A DNA stretch of 64,000 nucleotides from Candidatus Zhuqueibacterota bacterium. Lineage in GTDB: Bacteria > Zhuqueibacterota > Zhuqueibacteria > Residuimicrobiales > Krinioviventaceae. The stretch spans positions 7,280-71,279 of the forward strand of contig JAFGSB010000067.1 of assembly GCA_016934825.1 (NCBI GenBank), read 5' to 3'. The position numbers were made by a program, and so were the translations under genes. This document shows positions 31,143 to 42,400 of the stretch, piece after piece (positions within the stretch are counted from its first letter, which is position 1; every line of letters starts with the position of its first letter). The notes beneath the pieces are model-generated. The model worked only from the letters and a program-made list of their open reading frames with translations, ran no database searches and had not been told where the DNA came from.

Positions 31143-31436
31143 ATGCCAACTTATGAATATTTATGTAATGCCTGTGGACACAGATTCGAAAAATTTCAGA
31201 GTATCACCTCGGAACCTGTTCGTATATGTCCAAAATGTTCCAAAAATGATGTAACACGTTTAATGAGCGGTGGAACCGGGTTGATATTTAAAGGATCAGG
31301 TTTTTATATCACGGATTATAAAAATTCTAAAACATCCCCTTCCACAGCCACGACAGAAAAAACGACACCGGCGCCTAAAAAAGATATAAAAAAGAAAGAA
31401 ACAAAAGTAAAAAATGATTCCGTAAAATCCAATTAA
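31143..31436 (+). CDS. FmdB family zinc-ribbon protein
   Basis: [33 protein letters not shown]: CxxC...CxxC ribbon, typical of the FmdB family. Confidence 0.85.
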   Translation: MPTYEYLCNACGHRFEKFQSITSEPVRICPKCSKNDVTRLMSGGTGLIFKGSGFYITDYKNSKTSPSTATTEKTTPAPKKDIKKKETKVKNDSVKSN

Positions 31437-31437
31437 T

Positions 31438-32574
31438 GTGATGAAAAAAATTGGTCTAAATAGTAATATACAGGTTGGTAGTAAAACATTACATGTACAG
31501 ACCAGTTTTTTTCAGGACAGCCGAAAAATAAGTTCCGGTATTTTTGAAGGGGGAAAAATAATCGATATAAAAGAACTCACCCTAAGAAGCGATACCCCCC
31601 CGGAGCAATATGAATTTGAAGTTAAACAGTTTCATGAATATGTTCTTTCTGATCTGGAGTTGTTGTTTTCTATCGCGGACAAAGTGAACAGCGACGGTGA
31701 TGTTCCTTCCAGGAAAAACCTGGGATTACTTTTCCTGAAAAAGGGATTTTATGAAGAAGCTAAACAACAATTTTTATTAGTTCGTGAAAAAACAAACGAA
31801 GCGGACGGATGTAATTACGAATTAGGTAAGGCATGTTATTATAGCGGGGAGTATGAAAATGCTCTTGAATATTTAAAATTAGCAGTCATTGATTTTCCTC
31901 ATTACGCGGACATTCAATTACTTTTGGCCCGAACGTATAAGGAACTTTTAGAGTATAAATTTGCCGTCAATCACTTACAGTTGGCGATAAACATTAACAA
32001 TAACTATCATGAGGCTTACTTTACCTTTGCTATAATATTGCTGGAAAGTATAATAGATGTTCCCAACTATGCCAGGCTGAGAGAACCGGAGGAAAGAGTA
32101 AAGGAGGCGCTTGATTATTTACATCAGGCGTTGAGTCTGTCACATGAATACAACAGGCTGGTCATCGAATCGGTTTTGGAATTGTTTAACGACCCGGATA
32201 AAATTTCCGATGTCATTGCCGGGTTAAAAAGAGAATTAAAAAAAGTCACGGATATAAAGAAAAAAGAAATAGATGACAGTGAATTTTATTTAAAATTTAT
32301 GTTTGCCGGACTGGACAAAGACAGCGATGCGATCGATTTTTATATTAATCTTATGGAAAAGTCTCTGACTCTCCATCCGGAATACGCCGATTTATATCAA
32401 AGCCTGGGAAAAGCTTATCTTGTTAAAGCGTGGTTTTATATTTCAAAAGCTTCCGGTGCTTTTAAAAACGCGCTCAAAAAAAACCCGCAATTTAAACGCG
32501 CACAAAAAACATTAACGCTGATCGAAAACGACAGCAAAGGATTTCTGAATCTGTTAAAAACGATCCTGGAATAA
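31438..32574 (+). CDS. TPR repeat protein
   Basis: Several TPR-like helical repeats (e.g. GLLFLKKGFYEEAKQQFLL..., YELGKACYYSGEYENALEYLKLA...). Confidence 0.7.
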   Translation: MMKKIGLNSNIQVGSKTLHVQTSFFQDSRKISSGIFEGGKIIDIKELTLRSDTPPEQYEFEVKQFHEYVLSDLELLFSIADKVNSDGDVPSRKNLGLLFLKKGFYEEAKQQFLLVREKTNEADGCNYELGKACYYSGEYENALEYLKLAVIDFPHYADIQLLLARTYKELLEYKFAVNHLQLAININNNYHEAYFTFAIILLESIIDVPNYARLREPEERVKEALDYLHQALSLSHEYNRLVIESVLELFNDPDKISDVIAGLKRELKKVTDIKKKEIDDSEFYLKFMFAGLDKDSDAIDFYINLMEKSLTLHPEYADLYQSLGKAYLVKAWFYISKASGAFKNALKKNPQFKRAQKTLTLIENDSKGFLNLLKTILE

Positions 32575-32926
32575 AAAAAGTTATGACTCAGTGCATGTAT
32601 GTTTTGTGATGTGTGTCATGACGTTTATATTTGGATTTCATATCTTATATTGGCTCAAAATCAAAAGTGATGACATGAATATCTCCGGCTAATTCATTGT
32701 TATTAGTGATTATACTGAACCAAAAGAAAAAAATATGGCACCAAGTTTGCCAAATATAGTATAATAATAAGCTAACTTTTCCTTACGGGAGAAAAAAAAC
32801 CGGAAAATATTACTAAATAAAGATATGGATCTAAAAAATTATTGCTGGATTTTATGCATTGTTTTCATTACATTTATAACTTCAAGTAATGGTTTAAGTG
32901 AAAGTTAAAAAAGGACAAAAAATACA

Positions 32927-33379
32927 ATGAAATTACATATAATTTTGATTTTTTCAGTAATTAGCCTGTTTTCTGTGAAAAGTGTTTTATCACAGCAACT
33001 GGTGTCCGTTCATGCGACACAATTGGAACCGAGAAAAGAAGCCGGTTACAAATTTGTAATCGAAACCTCTGTTCCGGTTACGGAAAATACTTCTTTTGAT
33101 ATTATTTTCCCTCAAGTCTTTTTATTGAACAATTTAATTTTATGTAGCTCTACGACAATGGACGGCGGATTGATAGTGAACGTAAAAAATGATACGGTCC
33201 GGGTTTCTCGTTTTGGTCCCGGAACAACTTTGTCCGCCGGGCAGATCGATATCTCCGTGTCTTCGGTGATCAACGCCGCGGATATGCAGCCGGATTATGA
33301 TTTCGAGATCCTGCAATATGATGACGACCGTCAGGTTTCGCAAATCAAATCCTTACATAAAGTTGAACAAATTCAATAA
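32927..33379 (+). CDS. Small secreted protein, paralog of the N-terminal domain of the downstream giant adhesin
   Basis: Signal peptide. ...HATQLEPRKEAGYKFVIETSVPVTENTSFDIIFPQVFLLNN... parallels TITPTDNTYGQSATYTFTFTTQTIIPADGKIAFIFPAQFNLIY at the start of the 3127-aa protein. Confidence 0.6.
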   Translation: MKLHIILIFSVISLFSVKSVLSQQLVSVHATQLEPRKEAGYKFVIETSVPVTENTSFDIIFPQVFLLNNLILCSSTTMDGGLIVNVKNDTVRVSRFGPGTTLSAGQIDISVSSVINAADMQPDYDFEILQYDDDRQVSQIKSLHKVEQIQ

Positions 33380-33417
33380 CAAAAACAGCCATATTTAATT
33401 CGAAAAAGGGTGTCATT

Positions 33418-36400
33418 TTGAATACATTAAAATATATTCGTGTAGCGATTATTCTTTTATTATCAGCAGTTCCGGCACTCGTGCAGGGAGCGCCCCTTAC
33501 CGGTGTAACGATTACACCCACTGATAACACCTACGGTCAGTCGGCAACGTATACATTTACATTTACCACGCAAACAATAATTCCAGCGGACGGGAAAATT
33601 GCATTCATATTTCCGGCTCAATTCAATTTAATTTATCTTAATAGTTGTGGCACCGGAACTCCAACAATTCTTAACGGAGGATTTAATAATCCACCGCCGA
33701 TTGAAAATGATGGTACAGGCAATCAGACTGTGATTGTTGCCCGGAAGGGGCCGGGGAATACTCCAGTTCCAGCAGGATCAACAATCAGCGTGCTTTTGGG
33801 CATGGTTACAAATCCCTTAAATCCGTCGTCTGCGGATATAATCGCAATCGAGACAAGGAATGTAAGTAACGGTGTTTTGGATACCGGCCAGTCTTCCGTA
33901 AGTCTTGCCGGACCGATAAACAGTTTTACGCTGTCCAACCCGGCGGGAGTGACCGCCGGCATGCCGTTTTCGTTGTCCGTCTCCAACGCGGTCGACGGCA
34001 ACGGCAATCCGGCCAGCGGCACCATACAAGTGACCACGAAAACCGGCGGCGGTGAAGCCCCGGACGGGACCGACCCTTCGGTTCAGGATATCGTGGTTAC
34101 GGCCGGAAACGGCAGCGCCCAGCAGACTTTATATAAAGCCGAATCCGGCGTCGTCCTCACCGGTATCCTGTCGTCGGACGGTTCGGTAACGGACGATACC
34201 AGTCCCTTTACCGTTGGCAGCGCGGGGATCAATTCGTTTACCATGACCGGCGTGCCGACAAACGTCCAGGCCGGCGTCAGTTTTACGAACATTACGGTCA
34301 CCGCGCTGGATGTTTATGAGAATACCGTCTCGGATTATACCGGATCGGTTTGGTTTACCACGACATCATCGGGCTATACCCTGCCATATTACGCGGGCCA
34401 GCCGTACACATTTCAACTGGCCGACAACGGATCGCATACATTTACGAATTTTATATTACGGGAGGCCGGCAATCAAACCCTGACCATCACCGACGGAACC
34501 CGCAGTACGGTTTCCGGCAATATCCAGGTCAATGCCGGTCCGATTGCCGATTTTACGTTCGCGGCAAGTCCGTCGCCCACGGCCGGACAGCAAATCAGGT
34601 TAAACGTGACCAGCGCCGTCGACGCGGCCGGCAATCCGCTGAATGTCCCGGTGGCCCTTTCTTTTGTCGGCGGGGGCAGTCACAGTTCGCCCAACGGCCA
34701 GACGCCGGTTTTGCCGGATAATATCAATGTGGTTAACGGTTCCGGATACACGGATATCGTTCTTTTTAACGCCGAAAGCAACCTGCAAATCCAGGCGGTG
34801 TCCGGCGGGATCACCCGGACCACGGCGCCCTTTACGGTTGCGCCGGGGAACCTTTTCCGGTTCGGCATTACAGGGTACCCGGCCAGCACGGTCAGCGGCA
34901 ATCCGTTCACCTCGGATGTGAACGTAACCGCGTATGACGTCTATGGAAACCAGAAAACCAACTATGCCGGTACAGTCGGTTTCAGTTCAACGGACAATTC
35001 CGCCGATTTACCTTCTTCCGCCGGACTAACAGTCGGAACCAGAACATTTTCCGGCAGCAGCTTTGTTTTGAGAACCGTCGGCAATCAACGGATTTTTGTT
35101 TCCGATTTAAGCGGGTCCGGTGTATCCGATACGACGAATTATATAAATGTTACAAATCCCGCCATCTCCATTACTGAAATTACCCCTTCCCGAACGACAG
35201 TGACACAGGGCCAGACGACCCCATGGACCGTAACGATGGGAGTTCACAATTCCGGGGCTTCAACGATTACTATATCGGCAAATGAATTGCAAACCTATAT
35301 TAAATTTACCAGGGGCGGGAATGATTATACATCGCAATATACGATAGACGGACCGCAGGGTAGCTTTGTTCTGACCGGCGGAAGCACGACTTTTTTAACT
35401 TTTTCGATAACACAAACCGGAACAACCACCGGGGTTATTGATATTTTCGGCCGGGTTGCAACTACCACGGGCGGTTATACCAATTCTATTTTGAGCGACG
35501 TATATGGCGGCATTGAAGTACAAAGCCCGGAAGCTCTTCAGATCGTGTCCATAACGCCTTCCCAGCAAACCGTTACTTCGGGAGACAATACCCACAACTG
35601 GACGGTAGCCGTCCAGTTAAGAAACAACGGCGGCAGCGAAGCGGGAATCGATTTTGCATCCAGCAGTCTGGCGTCCCAGGCAATTGTCGTCTTTCAAAGA
35701 CCGACAACTTTCCAGGACGCGACAACGACCCTGAAAGCAAACGAAACCAAGACAATGATATTTACAGTAACGGAAAATTCCACATTACTCGGAGCCCATA
35801 CTATAAACGCCCAGATCCAATATCATGTGATCAATACCGGTGAAAACAAAAGTCTGCCCCCGGCCAATCCCGGGACCGTTACGGTGCAGGCGCCGTCAAA
35901 TCTGCTGGTCACCAGCGTTATCCCCACGCGGAACCAGTTGACAATCGGCAGTTCCACGGAGTGGGATATTCGTGTTCTGGTTAGCAATACCGGCGGTTCG
36001 GATGTTAATCTTGATTTAACTCAGGCAAATACCTGGGTGAAAATATTTAGTGGCGCTACCGAGGTGACCGATTTTGATATAACCTGGCCGACGGCGCTGA
36101 AAAACACGGGAAATACCACACTCGCAGCAGGTTCACAGGATGAGCTTGTTTATCATGTAACCCAGAATTCCTTTTCCGCCGGGACAATGGATATTCTTGC
36201 CAGGGCACAGGGGACGGAACCGAACAGGGCATTGATCATATTTTACGAAACATCGGTGGGAGACGGCCATTCCGGAACGGTGCAGATGCAGTTGCCGTCC
36301 AATGTTTCCTATGTGAGTTCCAGTTTACAGCCGACCAGCGTGTTTCCGCGAACTCCGGCTGAATTTCAAATTTCAGTAAGCAACACCGGCGGTGCAACCG

Positions 36401-39400
36401 TAGAACTGGAACCGGCGCAGACGACGATCCAGTTTAATGATGCGGTTAACGGAGGAAACAGTATCTTTTCCGCTACGCTCGATCCCGCGTACGGCACAAC
36501 AGTCGCCCCGGGCACAACGGAACTTCACTTTCAAAGCAAACTGGTGTCCGGCGATTTTATACCGGACAGTTATCCGTTGCAGGTCACTTTAAACGGTACG
36601 GAAAACGGCAGTAATTTCCAGAGAATACTTAATTTGACGAGTGATCTGGTCACGGTCGGGGAACCCGGCGATCTGGCGGTTACCGCCATCACGCCGAGTG
36701 TTCAAACCATTACGCAGGGACAGCAAAACACGTGGTATATCGATATTAATGTCGAAAACAATGATGTCAGCGATATGCGGCTGCAAAATATGGCCCTAAC
36801 ATTCAATTATAACACCCAGAATATTACGGATCAGTTTACCATAACCTATCCGACAGTATTGGTGGGCAGCGGTAATAATGTCCTGCCGAGCAATACATCC
36901 GATGTTTTGCGTGTAACCATCAATTCGGTTGCGGCTAACGCCCCGACCGGTTCCATCCTGCTTTCCGCCGAAGTGCAAATGGTGGATGTCAGCGACGCCG
37001 GACGGACTTTTACGGACCAGTTATTCAATGCCGCGCAAATTACCTGTCAGTCGCCCGCGAATGTACAAATCAACAACATTTACGCCAGCCAGACGACCGT
37101 GACCCAGGGGCAATCCATTCCCTGGAATGTAACGGTAAAACTGACAAACTCCGGTGAAAGTAAAGTCAGACTGAGGTCCGGCAGTGCGCTGACTTTAAGC
37201 AGAGGCAATCAATATTTTACGGTATCCAATCCGACAACATTTCTCGGCAGCGGCAATAATGAACTGGGAGGAGGCACGGAAGACAGCCTCAGATTTGTGG
37301 TCACGTCCGTTAGTCCTTCGGTACCCCTGGGCGCGTTTACCATATTTGCGACCATCCTGACCGAAGAAGTAAATACGCTCAATCCTCTGTCGGGACAATC
37401 CAATTACATATCGCTTAAAATGCAGGAAAACGCACAGATCCGCCTTGATCGCATTTTTGCGGATTTAAGATCCGGGTCGCTGGTCAATACCAACCAGGAG
37501 TTTTATATAAAAGCCCAGTTAACCAATCCGGGCGGCAGTAACGGCGATATGGTTAAAAGTGTAACGCTTAATTTGAGCTCTTCGTCTCCGGGATTTACAT
37601 TTCCAAACGGAACTACGGTCACCATAGATTCAATTGATGCCGGCCAAACCAAAACATCCGAACCCGGTATATTAGTCAGGGCTTCGAACCTGTCAAATGT
37701 CAGGACGGTTATCAACGCGAATATGACCAGCGCCGTGGCAAGAAATACGGGCCTGCCCGCACAGGTTTTAACACCCTTATCCAATTCAACGGAAATTACG
37801 ACACAAACCCCCGGCAACCTCGTCGTGCAGAACGTGATAGCGCAGGAAGATACAATCGTCTCCGGAACGCTGGCCCCCTGGACCATCAAAGTCGCCATTA
37901 TCAATTCGGGTGTGGGCACACTGCTGCTGAAAAAACCGCAGGATTCCGATGTGTCTATTAACCGGGAAGGTTACGTTATTAAGGCGGACCCGGTCTGGAC
38001 CGATTCCCTGTTGATCGGCGGAGAGCTGGACACCCTTGTATACACCGTTACCAATACGCCATCCGCCAGCGGCGTGTTTACGATTACCGCCAATATTCAG
38101 GCGGAGGATTATAATGATTCAAGCATAGGGGTGTTTACAAAATCCGGGCAAACCCAGGTTTATTTTACCAAAACGTCCGCCGTCGGAATTACGGAAACGT
38201 ATATGGATCCGGCCACACCGAATGTTGACGCGAACGGCGTCGGGCATGTGAATATAACCCAGGTGTTTAATGTAAGAGTAAAAATCGAGAACAAGGCCGA
38301 CCAGGCCCTCGATTCGGTGCGGGTAAAACTGCTGGCCCCGAATTCGCTTGTCAGCAGTCAGATCCTTATTACCAATATCGGTTTCGGCGAGGACAAGGAA
38401 GGTGTGTTCACCGTGCAGGCGGCCGATGTGGAAAATCTTGTCGGTGAAACATTAAGGTCCGAAATCGTATATGCCTATGGACGCGACGGGACGCAATCCA
38501 AAATATCACCCGCCCAGGATGATTCGGTTGAGATTAAAATCTACTATCCGGCGCGTCTGCAAATCGTCAGTACTGAGAACCTGGCGCCGAATCCTGAAAA
38601 AAAGGTCAGCCAGGGACAGAATTTTCCTGTTGAAGTAAAAGTGGCGAATCTGGGATCGGAAACGGCAAAGGAAATCAGGGTCTCATTAGCCACCTCCAGT
38701 GCGCAGCACGCGACGGTTCTTGAAACGCCCATGACAATCGATGAGACCATAGCCGGCGGCGATACCGGTACGGTTGTTTTTACCCTGAAAGCCGGTAATA
38801 ATACTGCGGCCGGTCTGGTCAGTATTTATTCAAATCTGTTTGATGCAAAAGGAGAAAACAACAATCAGCAGCCGGCATTTCTCGAGCCGGGTGATAATGA
38901 CTCTACCTACGCGGACCTTGAAAAAGGCGCGGATTTGCTGATATTAAATCTTATTGCCGATGTTGAAAACAATGAAATTATCGCTAATTACAGCCAGAGT
39001 CCCTGGAACCTGAATATTGAATTATTTAACGGCGGGGAAGCTGATCTTGAGATTGTAAATTTAAACAACAGTAATATCAGTTTTACGGTAGACGGTCAGC
39101 CGGATAATACATATGACGTGCGGCCGCCGTCGAAATTAAAACATGCCGGTGATTTAATATTACGCGCCGGTCAAACCGACACCTTGGCATTCAGTATAGC
39201 CGAAAACGGGGAAATCGCCGGGAATGCCGTGGTGAAAGCGCAAATATTCGGCCGCGATATGAATATCGGGCCGGCCAGCAATTTGACCGCTATTGATTCA
39301 ACGGACATTTATGTTATTTCCGAAGCCGTTGTACAAATTGTGGAAACATCCATAAACAGTAATGTGCACGATAATGACGGAAAGGGCCTGGTAAACAGAG

Positions 39401-42400
39401 GTCAGAATTTTGTAGTGAGTGTGCTTGTCCGGGCCGGCCAGCTTCTGGGAGTTGATTCCGTTCTGATACAGTTAACGACGAACGGAAATTCCATGTCCGA
39501 ACCGGATACTTTTCAACTTGACAGTATCAACCGGGACTCTGAAATACGGGCGATTTTTAATTTGCAGGCTGATGACAGCTGGCCGGAAATTCAGGGTGAA
39601 CAGGAAGAGATGTTTACGGCAAAAATTCTTTCCGCTTTGTCCAAAAACAGCCAGTTGCCGGCGCGAATTCGTCCGCCGGACAAAACGACCAACGCCCAGG
39701 CAAACCTGCGTATACAGCGCAGCGCCAATTTAAAACTATCGTTGCTCTATAATTCCCCGTTGGACAGTGTATTAACACTCGGACAGCAATTTGATATTAT
39801 CGCACGAATTCATAATCTTGGCACGGCACAGGTCGACATCGGCAAAGTGCAATTGACGCCGCCCACCGGCTATGAAATCAAACTTGCCTCGGAATTGTAT
39901 TCCGCCGAACCCGTGGAACGTCAGTTTACTATTGAAGACGGCGAAGAATATAAAGACGTCCTGTTTACTTTCAGAGCGCCGAATGCAAATTCCGCTAAAA
40001 GCAAGATAAAAGGTAAAATATCTCAAATACCTCTGGATAGAAATACCAATTCACCGGCGGCCATACTGCAAAGCGCGGATTCATTATATGTCCGAACATC
40101 CAGTTCATCATTAAATATACACAGTTTTACAATTTTAAAACCGCAGGGCGCCAAAGATTTTGAGCTGTCGACCGAACAGCCGTTGACATTACAGGCAGTT
40201 ATTACGTCAACATCAAATTTACAGTATCGAAAAGCACGGCTGAAATTCCCGGATAATTTACCCGGCGATGTTATTTATACTTTAAACAACAGCGATGCGG
40301 AAGTAGATATTACCAGCAATCCGGATACGATCAGCTGGCAGCTCAATGCGCCTTCGGTGAAATTTGAAAATGTTCATAAATTTTATGTGGATGCCGAGGC
40401 GGTTGAAGCAGGGAAAACCAAAACCGTAACCGACAGCCTGTCAATTTACCGTGTTGTGAACAGGGCCAATATTGCCATTGAATTCTTTGAGGCGGTTAAT
40501 GAATTTGGGACAATCAAGCAGGAACGGGAAGCATATTTTTCAAAATTTCAACAAAATATCATCCTGCGCGCCCGAATTAAAAACCAGGGCGACGCCAATA
40601 TCACCGGAACGGGCAAATTAAAGCTGGACCTTGGTCAGAGCGGTTTAACGCTTACCAGTGAATACCAGGGACTGGTTGAACAAAATTTCACACAGGAAAC
40701 GGAAGATATAATATGGAAAGTAAATGCCGGGCCGATTAACAACGATGGTTTTAATATTACGGTCGAAATCAGTCAGGCGCCAAATGATGAAAACACAAAC
40801 GAAACCGCAAAAACGGCGGATGATGCAAGTAAACGAACAATGCGGGTTTGGGTAACGGAACTTGGAAAAGTGAGAATTGTGAACAAAAGGGCGTGGATCT
40901 CGTCCCCGATTGGCGCGGTTGACAATATTGTATCGACGGATCAAACGTTCACAGTTAAAACCGAGGTCAATTCGGACAATGTGGATAAAAACAGAATTAC
41001 CGCCCGCCTGGTTGCGCCAGAAGCCTTCCGGGTGATTCAGAGCACTCAAAATGTAACTTTAGGATTTAACAGGGAAGTAACCTGGGAAGTGACCGCCCCC
41101 AGCGACGCCTCCCTGTCCGACAGCCTGAAAGTGCTGGTAACCGGCTACGATGACAATTCGGGCCTTGAATCGAAAGATTCTTCCAATGCCGTTTTTATTC
41201 GAACCGTACCGAAAACTTCATTTAAAATTGATCCCAAAATCACCTATCCGGACAGCTTCCAGGAAAGTGTTTCAACAGGCCAGGAATTTTCCCTGACGGC
41301 GACCATTCTTCACCAGGGGGCGTCATATATAAAAGCGGACAGTTTTATTGTGGAATTGAATTCTCCAAAGGAATTTACACGCATTGACGACAAAAGACAG
41401 ATATTCAAGTTTGCGCAATTTGAAAAAGGACTTCACCCCACATGGAGGTTGAACGCGCCGACTCAAAAACCGGCGGGAGGAGAATTTTCCAACTTTACGA
41501 TCAATTTATTGGAAGTTCCACGTGATGAAAATTCATATATAGCCGGAGAGGTAAAGAACGATTCGGTAACCCATAAAATTTCGGTTGTGGACCGGGCACT
41601 GACAAAAACAGACGCATATTTGCTGGGTCAGGTAAATGCCGATACAGGGAATGTCAGAATCGGCAGTGAATTCAATGTGGTTTTGAGATTAACAAATTTG
41701 GGTTTCGCCCGTTTTATCGATAATTATAGGGTTAAAATTCATTTACCCGCGAACGGGTATACGACCCAGGATGCGGAAAAAACCGGAATCATTACGAATG
41801 GAATGATCGATTCTCTTGTATGGAAAATTAAAGCACCAAACACGATAAATTCCAATCTGGACATCATCTCCTTTACATTATTGGACCCGCCAAATGATCA
41901 GTACGCCAAAACAAATGCGGCTGTATTAAATAATGAGGCCCATGTCAGAGTAAAGCTGGAAACGGGCAAATTAATTGCCGAAACGTATCCCGTGAGAACC
42001 AAATCGGCGGTAATAAAAGGTGGTAAAAACGTTCCGATACTGGGATTGGTTTTCAGAAATAAAGATGTTTCAAGTAAAGTGAATTCTTACCTGACGAAAT
42101 TGTTTCTGACTATCAGGGACAGGGAAGGAGAAATAATCAATCCGTCTACAGCGGTCAACCGTATTGCTGCAGTGCGGCATTCGGATTATGATCATATTTT
42201 TGCACAGACCACAGATTTTAGCGTGACGGATAAACCCGGCCAGGTTATGCTGAATTTCAGAACTTTAAAAATCGATACAATCAGAAGCGCACAAAGGGAC
42301 ACAGTAGATATCATTGTTGATGTTTCGGAATTTAATGAAACGGACTTTAAAATTTCTTTATCAGACTCGCTGCCGATATACGCCGTTGATGATAACGGGC

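Noticed and set aside
33723-34921. Multiple 60-120 aa ORFs on both strands inside the 5' part of the giant adhesin gene (e.g. 33723..34037 -, 34350..34721 +, 34643..34921 +)
   Set aside because: They fall in the GC-rich segment where stop codons are rare in all frames. The translations are R/G/P-rich nonsense. The + frame of the 3127-aa protein is continuous and domain-structured.
41515-41523. TTCCACGTG half-site inside the adhesin CDS as a third parS
   Set aside because: Only half of the palindrome is present (TTCCACGTGATG). It lies within coding sequence and is likely a chance occurrence.
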